DNA from: Parcubacteria group bacterium Gr01-1014_8
GTDB taxonomy: Bacteria > Patescibacteriota > Minisyncoccia > Phycocordibacterales > UBA2100
Assembly (NCBI GenBank): GCA_007376385.1
Contig: VMGC01000002.1
Location: 96,001-160,000 of the forward strand
Direction: 5' to 3'
DNA length: 64,000 nucleotides
The position numbers were made by a program, and so were the translations under genes. The notes under the pieces were generated by a model. The model was not told where the DNA came from, ran no database searches, and worked only from the letters and a program-made list of their open reading frames with translations. Position 1 is the stretch's first letter. Every line of letters starts with the position of its first letter. This document shows positions 36,407 through 45,296 of the stretch, piece by piece.

Positions 36407-38866
36407 ATGTCTAGCGTACGCGTGCTGAAATTCGGCGGTACTTCTGTTGGTTCGCCGGACGCGATACGGCACATCGTAAAAATAGTTCAACAACGCGGGA
36501 AAACCCGCATTGCCGCTATCGTTGTTTCTGCTTTTTCCGGCGTTACTGACGAACTCATCGCGATAGGCAAACTCGCGGCGAAAAAGGACCAGTCATATAA
36601 AGGGTTTCTCGCTGCGCTAGAAGCACGGCACATCGACGCTGTGAAGGAGCTCATCAGCCGAAAGAATCAGGATGCCTCCATTGCGCAGGTTAAAGTTTTG
36701 TTTAGATTCCTCGAGGGTGCGGTGCAGGGCGTGTCCCTTATTCACGAGTTATCGTCCGGCGCGCTGGACTACATTATGTGTTACGGAGAGCGCCTGTCTG
36801 CGCACATCGTTGCGGACGTACTGAGAGATAAAGGCATTCGTACGGAGTATTTGAATGCACGTAACATCATATTCACCGATGAGAATTTCGGTTCTGCATC
36901 AGTCGATTTTCCAGAGACGAATAAAGCGATAAACGCGTACTTTAAGAAGCATCATTCCGTGCAAGTTGTCACCGGTTTTATTGCCTCTACGCCGGATGGA
37001 AAGACGACGACGCTCGGGCGGGGAGGAAGCGACTATACGGCATCTATTCTAGGGGCAGCGCTTGACGTAGATGTCATCGAGATATGGACTGATGTGAGCG
37101 GTGTGATGACTGCAGATCCGCGTACAGTAAAAGAAGCGTTTCCCATCAAGGAAATGAGCTATACGGAAGCGATCGAGGTATCGTATTTCGGGGCAAAGGT
37201 CATTCATCCGCCGACGATGCAGCCGGCCAGAGAGAAGAATATCCCGATACTCATAAAAAATACGTTCGAACCGGAAGCGCCCGGCACCATCATTAGTTCG
37301 AAGTCAGCGGATAATGGCGCGCTTGCGAAAAGTATTACATCGATCGGAAATGTCGCGCTCTTGAGAGTGCAGGGAAACGACATGCCGAAAATTCGGGGCG
37401 TGCTTTCGCGCTTATTCGGCGCCCTTTCAAAGCACGCGATAAATGTCATTGTCATCACGCAAGCATCTTCGCAGCATTCCATCACGATTGCCGTCCTCGG
37501 CGCGGATGCGGATACCGCGCGAAAGGCGATAGACGAAGAGTTCGAACTCGAACGGCGGACCCACCGGATGGATAGGACGATAGTGGAAACGAAATTGGCA
37601 GTCATTGCACTCGTTGGCGAAGGTATGCGCAACAAGCCCGGAGTCGCGGGCAGGCTTTTCCAGACATTGGGACGCAACGGCATCAACATCGTCGCTCTCG
37701 CGCAAGGTTCTTCAGAATTGAATATTTCGTTCATTGTGCGCGAGAGCGACACGACGAAAGCCCTGAATGCTATCCACACGTCGTTCTTCTATCCGCGCCG
37801 GCGGGATATCAACGTCTTTCTAACAGGCACCGGTCTTATTGGAGGCATGCTCTTGCAACAACTTCTGAAACAGCAGGAATTTCTTGAACGTGAGCGCGGC
37901 GTTCGAATTCGCGTCGCCGGCATCGGAAACCAGCGCACGATGGATCTGGTACAGGACGGCATCTCGCTTTCAACGTGGAAAAAGGACCTCGTGTCTTCAA
38001 AGAAGCGCATGAATATTCGCGCGTTCATACACGAGATGAAGAAGATGGAGCTCCCGAACAAGGTGTTCGTGGATTGCACCGCGAGCGACGATATTGCAGC
38101 CGCATATGGAGACATATTAGCTTCCGGCATATGGGTAGTGACGCCGAACAAAAAAGCGAATTCGGGCACCTATAAGTATTATGAGGAATTACAGCAGTAC
38201 GCGGCATTTCCCGGCGTACAGTTCTTTTACGAGACGAATGTCGGCGCCGGATTGCCTATCGTCAACACGTTGAACGATCTCAGAGACAGCGGCGACAAAC
38301 TTCTTAAAGTGGAAGCCGTATTATCGGGGACACTGAGCTATATCTTCAATAATTTCGTAGAAGGAACGCGGTTCAGCGACATCGTGCGGCAGGCGAAGGA
38401 AAAAGGCTTCACGGAACCGGACCCACGGAACGACCTCTCCGGCGAAGATGTGGCGCGAAAGATACTCATTCTCGCGAGAGAAGCAGGATACAAGTTGGAA
38501 CTGAAAGATGTAGCCTTGAAGGGGCTTCTCGGAAAAAGATTCAGATCTGCCGATACTCCTAAAAAATTCTTTGCGCTTTTGGAAAAAGAAAATACCGCAT
38601 TCGAGAAAATTCGGGCGCATGCGGCAAAAAAAGGCCTTAGACTCCGATATATTGCACGCCTTGAAAAAGGACGTGCGAGCGTATCGCTCGAGGCAGTCCC
38701 GAGCACACATCCGTTCTATGAACTCGCAGAAAGTGATAACATTGTTTCATTCACGACAGAGCGATATAAACGCACCCCGCTCGTTGTGAAAGGTCCCGGC
38801 GCTGGTGCGGAAGTTACGGCGGGAGGCGTCCTCGCGGATATTTTACGGATAGGGATGACGATTTAA
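36407..38866 (+). CDS. thrA: bifunctional aspartokinase / homoserine dehydrogenase
   Basis: VLKFGGTSVGS...aspartokinase, two ACT-like segments, C-terminal HSD (GTGLIGG...). Confidence 0.9.
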   Translation: MSSVRVLKFGGTSVGSPDAIRHIVKIVQQRGKTRIAAIVVSAFSGVTDELIAIGKLAAKKDQSYKGFLAALEARHIDAVKELISRKNQDASIAQVKVLFRFLEGAVQGVSLIHELSSGALDYIMCYGERLSAHIVADVLRDKGIRTEYLNARNIIFTDENFGSASVDFPETNKAINAYFKKHHSVQVVTGFIASTPDGKTTTLGRGGSDYTASILGAALDVDVIEIWTDVSGVMTADPRTVKEAFPIKEMSYTEAIEVSYFGAKVIHPPTMQPAREKNIPILIKNTFEPEAPGTIISSKSADNGALAKSITSIGNVALLRVQGNDMPKIRGVLSRLFGALSKHAINVIVITQASSQHSITIAVLGADADTARKAIDEEFELERRTHRMDRTIVETKLAVIALVGEGMRNKPGVAGRLFQTLGRNGINIVALAQGSSELNISFIVRESDTTKALNAIHTSFFYPRRRDINVFLTGTGLIGGMLLQQLLKQQEFLERERGVRIRVAGIGNQRTMDLVQDGISLSTWKKDLVSSKKRMNIRAFIHEMKKMELPNKVFVDCTASDDIAAAYGDILASGIWVVTPNKKANSGTYKYYEELQQYAAFPGVQFFYETNVGAGLPIVNTLNDLRDSGDKLLKVEAVLSGTLSYIFNNFVEGTRFSDIVRQAKEKGFTEPDPRNDLSGEDVARKILILAREAGYKLELKDVALKGLLGKRFRSADTPKKFFALLEKENTAFEKIRAHAAKKGLRLRYIARLEKGRASVSLEAVPSTHPFYELAESDNIVSFTTERYKRTPLVVKGPGAGAEVTAGGVLADILRIGMTI

Positions 38867-38877
38867 CCACAGAAGCT

Positions 38878-39975
38878 ATGAATAAAAAGATCCCCGTAGG
38901 GATTTTGGGAGCGACAGGCATGGTCGGACAGCAGTACGTTCACCTGTTAGAGGATCATCCATGGTTCGAGGTGGCGTATGTTGCCGCGTCGCCGCAGTCG
39001 GCAGGACACACATACAAAGACGCCCTAAAGAATGGATGGCAAGTTCACGGCGACATCCCAAAGAACGTCGGGAGCATGGTCGTTGAAGATGTTGCAAGTA
39101 TCGAAAAGGCAGTAAAGAAATGTACACTTGTATTTTCGGCATTTGAAATGCCGGACAAGGACGCTATTCGAACATATGAAGAAGAATATGCAAAGGCAGG
39201 TATGCCCGTATTTTCTAATGCCTCCGCTCACCGTCACACCAACGACGTCCCTATGCTTATTCCAGAAATAAATGCACATCATTTGGCTATAATTCCCGCA
39301 CAGCAAAAAAAGCGCGGGTGGAAAAAGGGATTCATTGTTGTGAAGCCGAATTGCAGTTTGCAGAGCTACCTCGCGCCTATTGTTGCGCTGCAACATGGAG
39401 GATACGAAATATCTGATGTGCTCGTTACCACACTGCAAGCGGTTTCCGGCGCAGGATATCCGGGGGTTGCGTCGCTTGATGTCATTGACAATGTCATTCC
39501 GTTCATTCCGGGTGAGGAAGAAAAAACCGAAGTCGAGCCCATCAAGATCTTGGGACATATAAAAGGCGGCACATTCGCGAATTTTAAGGGAATCAATATT
39601 TCGGCGCAGTGCATGCGTGTACCGGTTTCCGACGGGCACATGGCGTGTGTAAGCGTCAAATTCAGAAGGCAGAGGCCAACCATAGAACAAGTTCGGAGCA
39701 CGTGGATAAATTTCAAGAGCGAGCCGCAAGAGTTGAAGCTTCCATTCGCGCCCGAACAACCGATCATCTATCGCGACGAGCCGAATCGCCCGCAGCCAAA
39801 GCGCGATCGCGACAACGGTAAAGGAATGGCTGTGACCGTTGGCCGTCTTCGTCCGTGCAGCGTCTTTGACTACAAATTCGTTGCCCTTAGCCACAATACT
39901 GTGCGAGGCGCGGCGGGAGGGGGCATTTTGAACGCGGAACTTGCGTATAAAAAAGGTTATCTACAGAATGTGTGA
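38878..39975 (+). CDS. asd: aspartate-semialdehyde dehydrogenase
   Basis: VGILGATGMVGQ NAD site; catalytic Cys in VKPNCSLQSYL. Confidence 0.9.
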   Translation: MNKKIPVGILGATGMVGQQYVHLLEDHPWFEVAYVAASPQSAGHTYKDALKNGWQVHGDIPKNVGSMVVEDVASIEKAVKKCTLVFSAFEMPDKDAIRTYEEEYAKAGMPVFSNASAHRHTNDVPMLIPEINAHHLAIIPAQQKKRGWKKGFIVVKPNCSLQSYLAPIVALQHGGYEISDVLVTTLQAVSGAGYPGVASLDVIDNVIPFIPGEEEKTEVEPIKILGHIKGGTFANFKGINISAQCMRVPVSDGHMACVSVKFRRQRPTIEQVRSTWINFKSEPQELKLPFAPEQPIIYRDEPNRPQPKRDRDNGKGMAVTVGRLRPCSVFDYKFVALSHNTVRGAAGGGILNAELAYKKGYLQNV

Positions 39976-40012
39976 GCCTGTGAATCATGGGAGTTGAGGT
40001 ATCATATCTACC

Positions 40013-41458
40013 GTGACCCCGGCTCCAGAGACGAACATTCCGACGATACTGGTGGCCCTCGGAGGTACTGGAGACTTAATGAGGCGGAAAGTGATACCCG
40101 CCTTTTTTTATCTCTACAAACAAGGGGCGCTTCCGGACAAATTTCGGCTCGTCGGTTTTTCGAGACGAGATATGACGGATGAGCAGTTCCGTGAATATGT
40201 AAAAGAGGTTATCGTGGCACACGCGGGGGAGCTCATTTTTCCCGAGATGATAGATTCTTTTTTGAAGCTTTTTAAGTTTCAAAAGGGAGAATTCAGCGAC
40301 AAAAAAAGTTACCGCGACCTTAAAAAGACGATTGATGAGTGCGATAAAGAGTGGGGCGTATGCTCAAATAAATTATTTTACCTGGCTGTTGCGCCGGAGT
40401 TTTACGAAACAATATTTAAAAACCTATCTGATTCGAAGTTGTCGGAGCCATGTGATGAAGATGGCGGCTGGACACGCCTTATCATTGAGAAGCCCTTCGG
40501 TGTTGATCTGAAGACGGCTAAAAGCATTGAGCGGCTCCTTACCAAGCTTTTTCTGCCGGAACAGATATATCGTATTGACCATTATCTGGCCAAAGAAATG
40601 TTACAGAATATTCTTACGTTCCGCTTCTCGAATAATTTATTCGAGAAACACTGGGGACGGGACTCAATAGAACGCATTTACATAAAATCGCTTGAGGAGA
40701 TAGGCGTTGAAAAGCGCGGTGCATTCTATGATCCGGTGGGCGCATTTCGCGACGTGGGCCAAAATCACTTTTTGGCGATGATGGCTCTGGTCACCATGGA
40801 ACATCCGATAAGTTTCGATGCAAAGGCGATCCAAAGGAAACGAGCGGATGTGCTAAAGAAATTGAAAATTATCAAAAAAAACGAAATACCGAAAGCCACA
40901 TTTCGTGCGCAGCACGAGGGCTACAGAACCATCGCTGGTGTTGCGAAAAATTCCGCGACGGAAACATACTTCAAAATAAAAGCGGAAGTTGCAACGAAGC
41001 GATGGAAGGGAGTACCGATAATTCTTGAAGGCGGCAAGCGATTGGGGGCGCCAGAGAAGGAAGTCATCATTACCTTCAAGCATCCAAAACAGTGTCTTTG
41101 CCCGAAAGACGGACCACATCACAAGAATGAGATAATCATCCGTTTTGAACCCAGGGAAGAGATTCTCATCGAATTCTGGTCCAAAAAACCCGGCTTCACG
41201 ATGGATACTGCGCCGCGCATGCTCCACTATATTCTAAGGGAACCAAAAGCGCATATTCCGTACATCGAGGAATACGCGAAGCTCCTTTTGGATTGCATTC
41301 GTGGGGATCAGATGCTGTTCGTCTCCACGTCCGAGATACAGGCGATGTGGCGCTTCACCGATCCCATCCTTGACGCATGGAAGAAGGGTTTGGTACCGTT
41401 GCATTCGTACAAACCGGATACAAAAGAAATACTACAAACATCTAACTATATACAATAG
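40013..41458 (+). CDS. zwf: glucose-6-phosphate 1-dehydrogenase
   Basis: ILVALGGTGDLMRRKV...IEKPFG...YRIDHYLAKEM. Confidence 0.9.
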   Translation: MTPAPETNIPTILVALGGTGDLMRRKVIPAFFYLYKQGALPDKFRLVGFSRRDMTDEQFREYVKEVIVAHAGELIFPEMIDSFLKLFKFQKGEFSDKKSYRDLKKTIDECDKEWGVCSNKLFYLAVAPEFYETIFKNLSDSKLSEPCDEDGGWTRLIIEKPFGVDLKTAKSIERLLTKLFLPEQIYRIDHYLAKEMLQNILTFRFSNNLFEKHWGRDSIERIYIKSLEEIGVEKRGAFYDPVGAFRDVGQNHFLAMMALVTMEHPISFDAKAIQRKRADVLKKLKIIKKNEIPKATFRAQHEGYRTIAGVAKNSATETYFKIKAEVATKRWKGVPIILEGGKRLGAPEKEVIITFKHPKQCLCPKDGPHHKNEIIIRFEPREEILIEFWSKKPGFTMDTAPRMLHYILREPKAHIPYIEEYAKLLLDCIRGDQMLFVSTSEIQAMWRFTDPILDAWKKGLVPLHSYKPDTKEILQTSNYIQ

Positions 41459-41460
41459 AT

Positions 41461-42450
41461 ATGCAAAAAGAGATAGGAATGATCGGACTTGGAAAAATGG
41501 GAGGGAACATGGCGCGACAGCTCGTGGAAAAAGGATGGAATGTGCACGGTATGGATGCGGACCCTGCGACAACACAAAAACTCGGAAAGGAGGGTATACA
41601 AGGAGCGTACTCGATACACGAACTTGTCTCGAAACTGAAAGCCCCGCGTGTGGTATGGCTCATGGTACCCGCAGGGAAACCGGAAGACGATCTGCTGTTT
41701 GGCAATGACCGACATCATGACCGACATCGTAAGTCGAACACATTGACCGACTTACGATATCGGTCACGGTCATCCGTAAAAGATGCGGGGCTTGTACGTT
41801 TACTTTCACGGGGCGACGTTATCATTGATGGGGGTAATTCTTATTACAAAGATTCAATATCGCGCGCGAAGAAAGTCGCAACATTCGGCATCAAATTCAT
41901 TGACGTTGGATTTTCTGGCGGCCCCGCGGGGGCTCGAAACGGAGGCTGTCTCATGATCGGCGGGGATGAAAGCTCGTTCAAGCGGCTCGAACCGTTGTTC
42001 AAAGACCTTGCGCGCGACAATGGGTATCAATTCTTCAAAGGTGTTGGAGCGGGCCATTTTGTAAAGATGGTCCACAACGGCATCGAATACGGCATGATGC
42101 AGGCGTTGGGGGAAGGTTTTGCGATGTTAAAAAAGACACCGTTCAAACTGGATCTCACGCGTGTTGCGGATATATACAATAATGGAAGCGTTATCGAGTC
42201 GCGCTTGGTAGGATGGATGAAGAAAGCGTTTCAAGAACATGGAGAAGACTTGAAGCAGGTCTCAGGTTCGGTTGGGCACACTGGCGAGGGCGAATGGACG
42301 GCAAAGACTGCGCGAGAAATGAAAATTCCGGCAAAAATAATTGGGGAATCGTACAAGTTTCGCGTTCAGTCAAAGAAAAAGCCGTCGTTTACCGGCAAAG
42401 TCGTGTCCGCATTGCGTGGACAGTTCGGAGGACATAATATTAAAGAGTAA
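41461..42450 (+). CDS. gnd: 6-phosphogluconate dehydrogenase (short YqeC-like form) carrying an in-frame insertion
   Basis: IGMIGLGKMGGNMA...VWLMVPAG...GDVIIDGGNS...HNGIEYG. About 23 extra residues between PAG and GD are encoded by a repeat-rich segment. Confidence 0.8.
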   Translation: MQKEIGMIGLGKMGGNMARQLVEKGWNVHGMDADPATTQKLGKEGIQGAYSIHELVSKLKAPRVVWLMVPAGKPEDDLLFGNDRHHDRHRKSNTLTDLRYRSRSSVKDAGLVRLLSRGDVIIDGGNSYYKDSISRAKKVATFGIKFIDVGFSGGPAGARNGGCLMIGGDESSFKRLEPLFKDLARDNGYQFFKGVGAGHFVKMVHNGIEYGMMQALGEGFAMLKKTPFKLDLTRVADIYNNGSVIESRLVGWMKKAFQEHGEDLKQVSGSVGHTGEGEWTAKTAREMKIPAKIIGESYKFRVQSKKKPSFTGKVVSALRGQFGGHNIKE

Positions 42451-42452
42451 CT

Positions 42453-43400
42453 ATGAACAGAAACCTAGCGCTTGAATTTGTGCGAGTGACCGAGGCTGCG
42501 GCATACGCTGCAGCGAAGTGGGTCGGGAAAGGCGACAAAATTGCTGCGGATGGTGCGGCGGTAGACGCGATGCGAGAGCGTTTCAACGAGATAGAGTTCA
42601 GCGGGACCATCGTCATTGGCGAGGGAAGCAAGGACGAGGCGCCAGAATTATATACAGGCGAAAAAGTAGGGAAAGGCAAAGGGCCGGTGATGGACCTTGC
42701 GGTGGACCCATTGGAGTGCACCGACAGCGTTGCCTTTGGACGCTTCAATGCTCTAAGCGTTATTTCAGCAGGAGCTAAGGGAAGCCTTCTTTCAGCGCCT
42801 GATACCTATATGGAAAAGATCGCTGCAGGCCCCGGCGCGGGTAAAGTAATCGATATAGATGCACCTGTCGCAACAAATATTAAAAAGGTGGCAAAGGCGC
42901 TCGGGAAGGATGTCGGGGAGATCACCGTGGTGATTTTAGACAGGGACAGGCATATCGAACTCATCAATGATGTTCGGAAGGCAGGAGCGCGTGTTCGATT
43001 GATAACAGATGGAGATGTGGCAGGAGGTATTGCGCCGTGCATGCCAGAGAGCGGCATTGACCTATTGATGGGCATTGGCGCTTCCGCCGAGGCGGTGCTC
43101 GCGGCGACTGCGATAAAGATTATGGGGGGAGAGCTTCTCTGCCGGTTCAAACCAAAAGACGAGAAACATGCGAAATTGGTTTCGGATCACGGGCACACCA
43201 CGAAGAGGATATTCAAGACGAGCGACCTCGCCAAGGGGAACGAGCTAACGTTCACCGCGACCGGTGTTATTGACGGGCCGCTTCTCCAAGGAGTGAGGAT
43301 TCTAAGGGACATCGCGATAACACATTCCCTCGTCATACAGGGCGTCTCGGGGACACTTCGCTACATAACGACCCATCACAAACTCCCTGCGTATAAATAG
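42453..43400 (+). CDS. glpX: fructose-1,6-bisphosphatase class II
   Basis: N-terminal and central GlpX family motifs (LALEFVRVTEAAA..., DPLECTD). Confidence 0.9.
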   Translation: MNRNLALEFVRVTEAAAYAAAKWVGKGDKIAADGAAVDAMRERFNEIEFSGTIVIGEGSKDEAPELYTGEKVGKGKGPVMDLAVDPLECTDSVAFGRFNALSVISAGAKGSLLSAPDTYMEKIAAGPGAGKVIDIDAPVATNIKKVAKALGKDVGEITVVILDRDRHIELINDVRKAGARVRLITDGDVAGGIAPCMPESGIDLLMGIGASAEAVLAATAIKIMGGELLCRFKPKDEKHAKLVSDHGHTTKRIFKTSDLAKGNELTFTATGVIDGPLLQGVRILRDIAITHSLVIQGVSGTLRYITTHHKLPAYK

Positions 43401-43449
43401 ATCTGCTACACTGCAAAAGTGACACTAATTATTTTATTAATATATCTTT

Positions 43450-44445
43450 ATGTCTTTACAATCAATCGCAAAGCAGATGGTCGCAAAGGGAAAGGGCATC
43501 CTCGCAGCGGACGAAAGTTCGGGAACGATAGAGAGGAAGTTTGCGAAAGTCGGACTGACTTCGACAGAAGATAATCGGCGGGCGTATCGCGGAATGCTTT
43601 TTACCTCGCCAGGTATTGGAAACTATATTTCGGGAGCCATCCTTTTTGATGAAACGATAAAGCAAAAGGCGCCCGACGGCCGCACAATGGTCTCCATTCT
43701 GGAAGCGGAAGGAATCCTGCCGGGCATAAAAGTCGACCAAGGTACGAAGGATATGGAGGGTTCGCCGGGCGAGAAGATCACCAAAGGGCTCGACGGACTT
43801 GGCGAACGTCTAAAAGAATATGCAACGTTGGGAGCAAAATTTGCGAAGTGGAGATCGGTCATTACGATAGGAAACGGTATCCCGACCGATGCAAACATCA
43901 AACAGCAAACAAAAGATTTGGCTGCGTACGCGCTGGAGTGCCAGAAAGCCGGCATTGTTCCGATGGTTGAGCCGGAAGTACTCATGGATGGCGGCCACAC
44001 GATTGAAAGATGTGTTGAGGCAAGTGAAAAGACGCTCACTGCACTTTTTGAAGAGCTGAAGGCAGCAGGGGTAGATATATCGGGGACTATTCTCAAGACG
44101 AACATGATGGTTCCCGGCAAGGAGAGCGGTACGAGGGCAACACCAGAACAAGTGGCGGATGCGACTGTCGCCGTATTCAAGAAAGTTCTTCCAAATGATC
44201 TGCCAGGTCAGGCATTCCTATCTGGCGGGCAGGAAGATGTGGAAGCGACAGAGAATTTGAATGCCATCAACAAAAAGGGACCTTTCCCCTGGAATCTTTC
44301 ATTCTCATATGGCCGCGCACTTCAAGATTCGGCGCTCAAGGCATGGAACGGAAAATCAGAAAATATCATCGCTGCGCAACAGGTGTTTCTCAAGCGGGCA
44401 AAAATGAATTCACTTGCGACGGAAGGCAAATATAAAGGAGAGTAG
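43450..44445 (+). CDS. fba: fructose-bisphosphate aldolase class I
   Basis: GKGILAADESSGTIEKRF...GAILFDET; Schiff-base Lys region. Confidence 0.9.
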   Translation: MSLQSIAKQMVAKGKGILAADESSGTIERKFAKVGLTSTEDNRRAYRGMLFTSPGIGNYISGAILFDETIKQKAPDGRTMVSILEAEGILPGIKVDQGTKDMEGSPGEKITKGLDGLGERLKEYATLGAKFAKWRSVITIGNGIPTDANIKQQTKDLAAYALECQKAGIVPMVEPEVLMDGGHTIERCVEASEKTLTALFEELKAAGVDISGTILKTNMMVPGKESGTRATPEQVADATVAVFKKVLPNDLPGQAFLSGGQEDVEATENLNAINKKGPFPWNLSFSYGRALQDSALKAWNGKSENIIAAQQVFLKRAKMNSLATEGKYKGE

Positions 44446-44534
44446 TCGCATTTGAAACCTAATTTTTCAGCAATATCGCATGATACCTTAGGTGTGCCGA
44501 CCGGCACACCTAAGGTATTCAGGTTTTTGGCGGA

Positions 44535-45182
44535 CTACAATAAAGAATGCCCGTGAAGGACGATAGGAAGAATATCTTCGATTGTGTACACGATGTGGTC
44601 CGGTTCGTACGCGACGAGATCAGCGTGGGGTCCGTATGAAATACCAATAGTCCCGACACCGGCGGCTTTTCCCGCTTGGATGTCGACTGGCGTATCGCCG
44701 ACAAACCACGCGTCTTTCGCCTCTACATCTACCGCTCGGAGGGCTGCAGACACGTGTTCCGGGTCTGGCTTGGCTCGAGTGACATCATCTTGAGACAGCA
44801 AGGCATCAAACATGCTCACTATTTTTACGTGTTGCATGGTGGCGATGGACGATTTTCTCATACGATTTGTCACTGTTGCCAGCTTGATGCCCTTGTCTTT
44901 AAGCGTCTGCAGCGTTTCTTTTACGTTTGGAAATATCATTACTAACTGAAGATTTTTTTCTTGAAAATCGCGATGCGCTTGCATAAGCCGCAGGGCATCT
45001 TTTTCCGGGAACAGCATTTCATAGTTCTCTCTCAGCGTTTTACCCTGGCTTGCGAGAAGCACTGCAGTTGCCCGTGAAATAGGCGCTCCTTCTTCAGTGG
45101 TAACATGCTCGTAAGCACGAATAATGTACTCGTACGTATCAAGCAGAGTCCCATCGACATCAAAAAGTACTGCTTTTGTCAC
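44535..45182 (-). CDS. HAD-superfamily hydrolase (phosphatase)
   Basis: LFDVDGTLLDT motif I; later motifs present. Confidence 0.75.
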   Translation of the reverse strand: MTKAVLFDVDGTLLDTYEYIIRAYEHVTTEEGAPISRATAVLLASQGKTLRENYEMLFPEKDALRLMQAHRDFQEKNLQLVMIFPNVKETLQTLKDKGIKLATVTNRMRKSSIATMQHVKIVSMFDALLSQDDVTRAKPDPEHVSAALRAVDVEAKDAWFVGDTPVDIQAGKAAGVGTIGISYGPHADLVAYEPDHIVYTIEDILPIVLHGHSLL

Positions 45183-45296
45183 TGGAAGATTATACCTAAC
45201 TTCAGGAGAACTCGTATTTCTCTCACTTTGACAGGAGTCATATATCTCCGTATGATGTTTTTTTCGCCCCTATAATAAGGCACACTTCCTAGGCAC

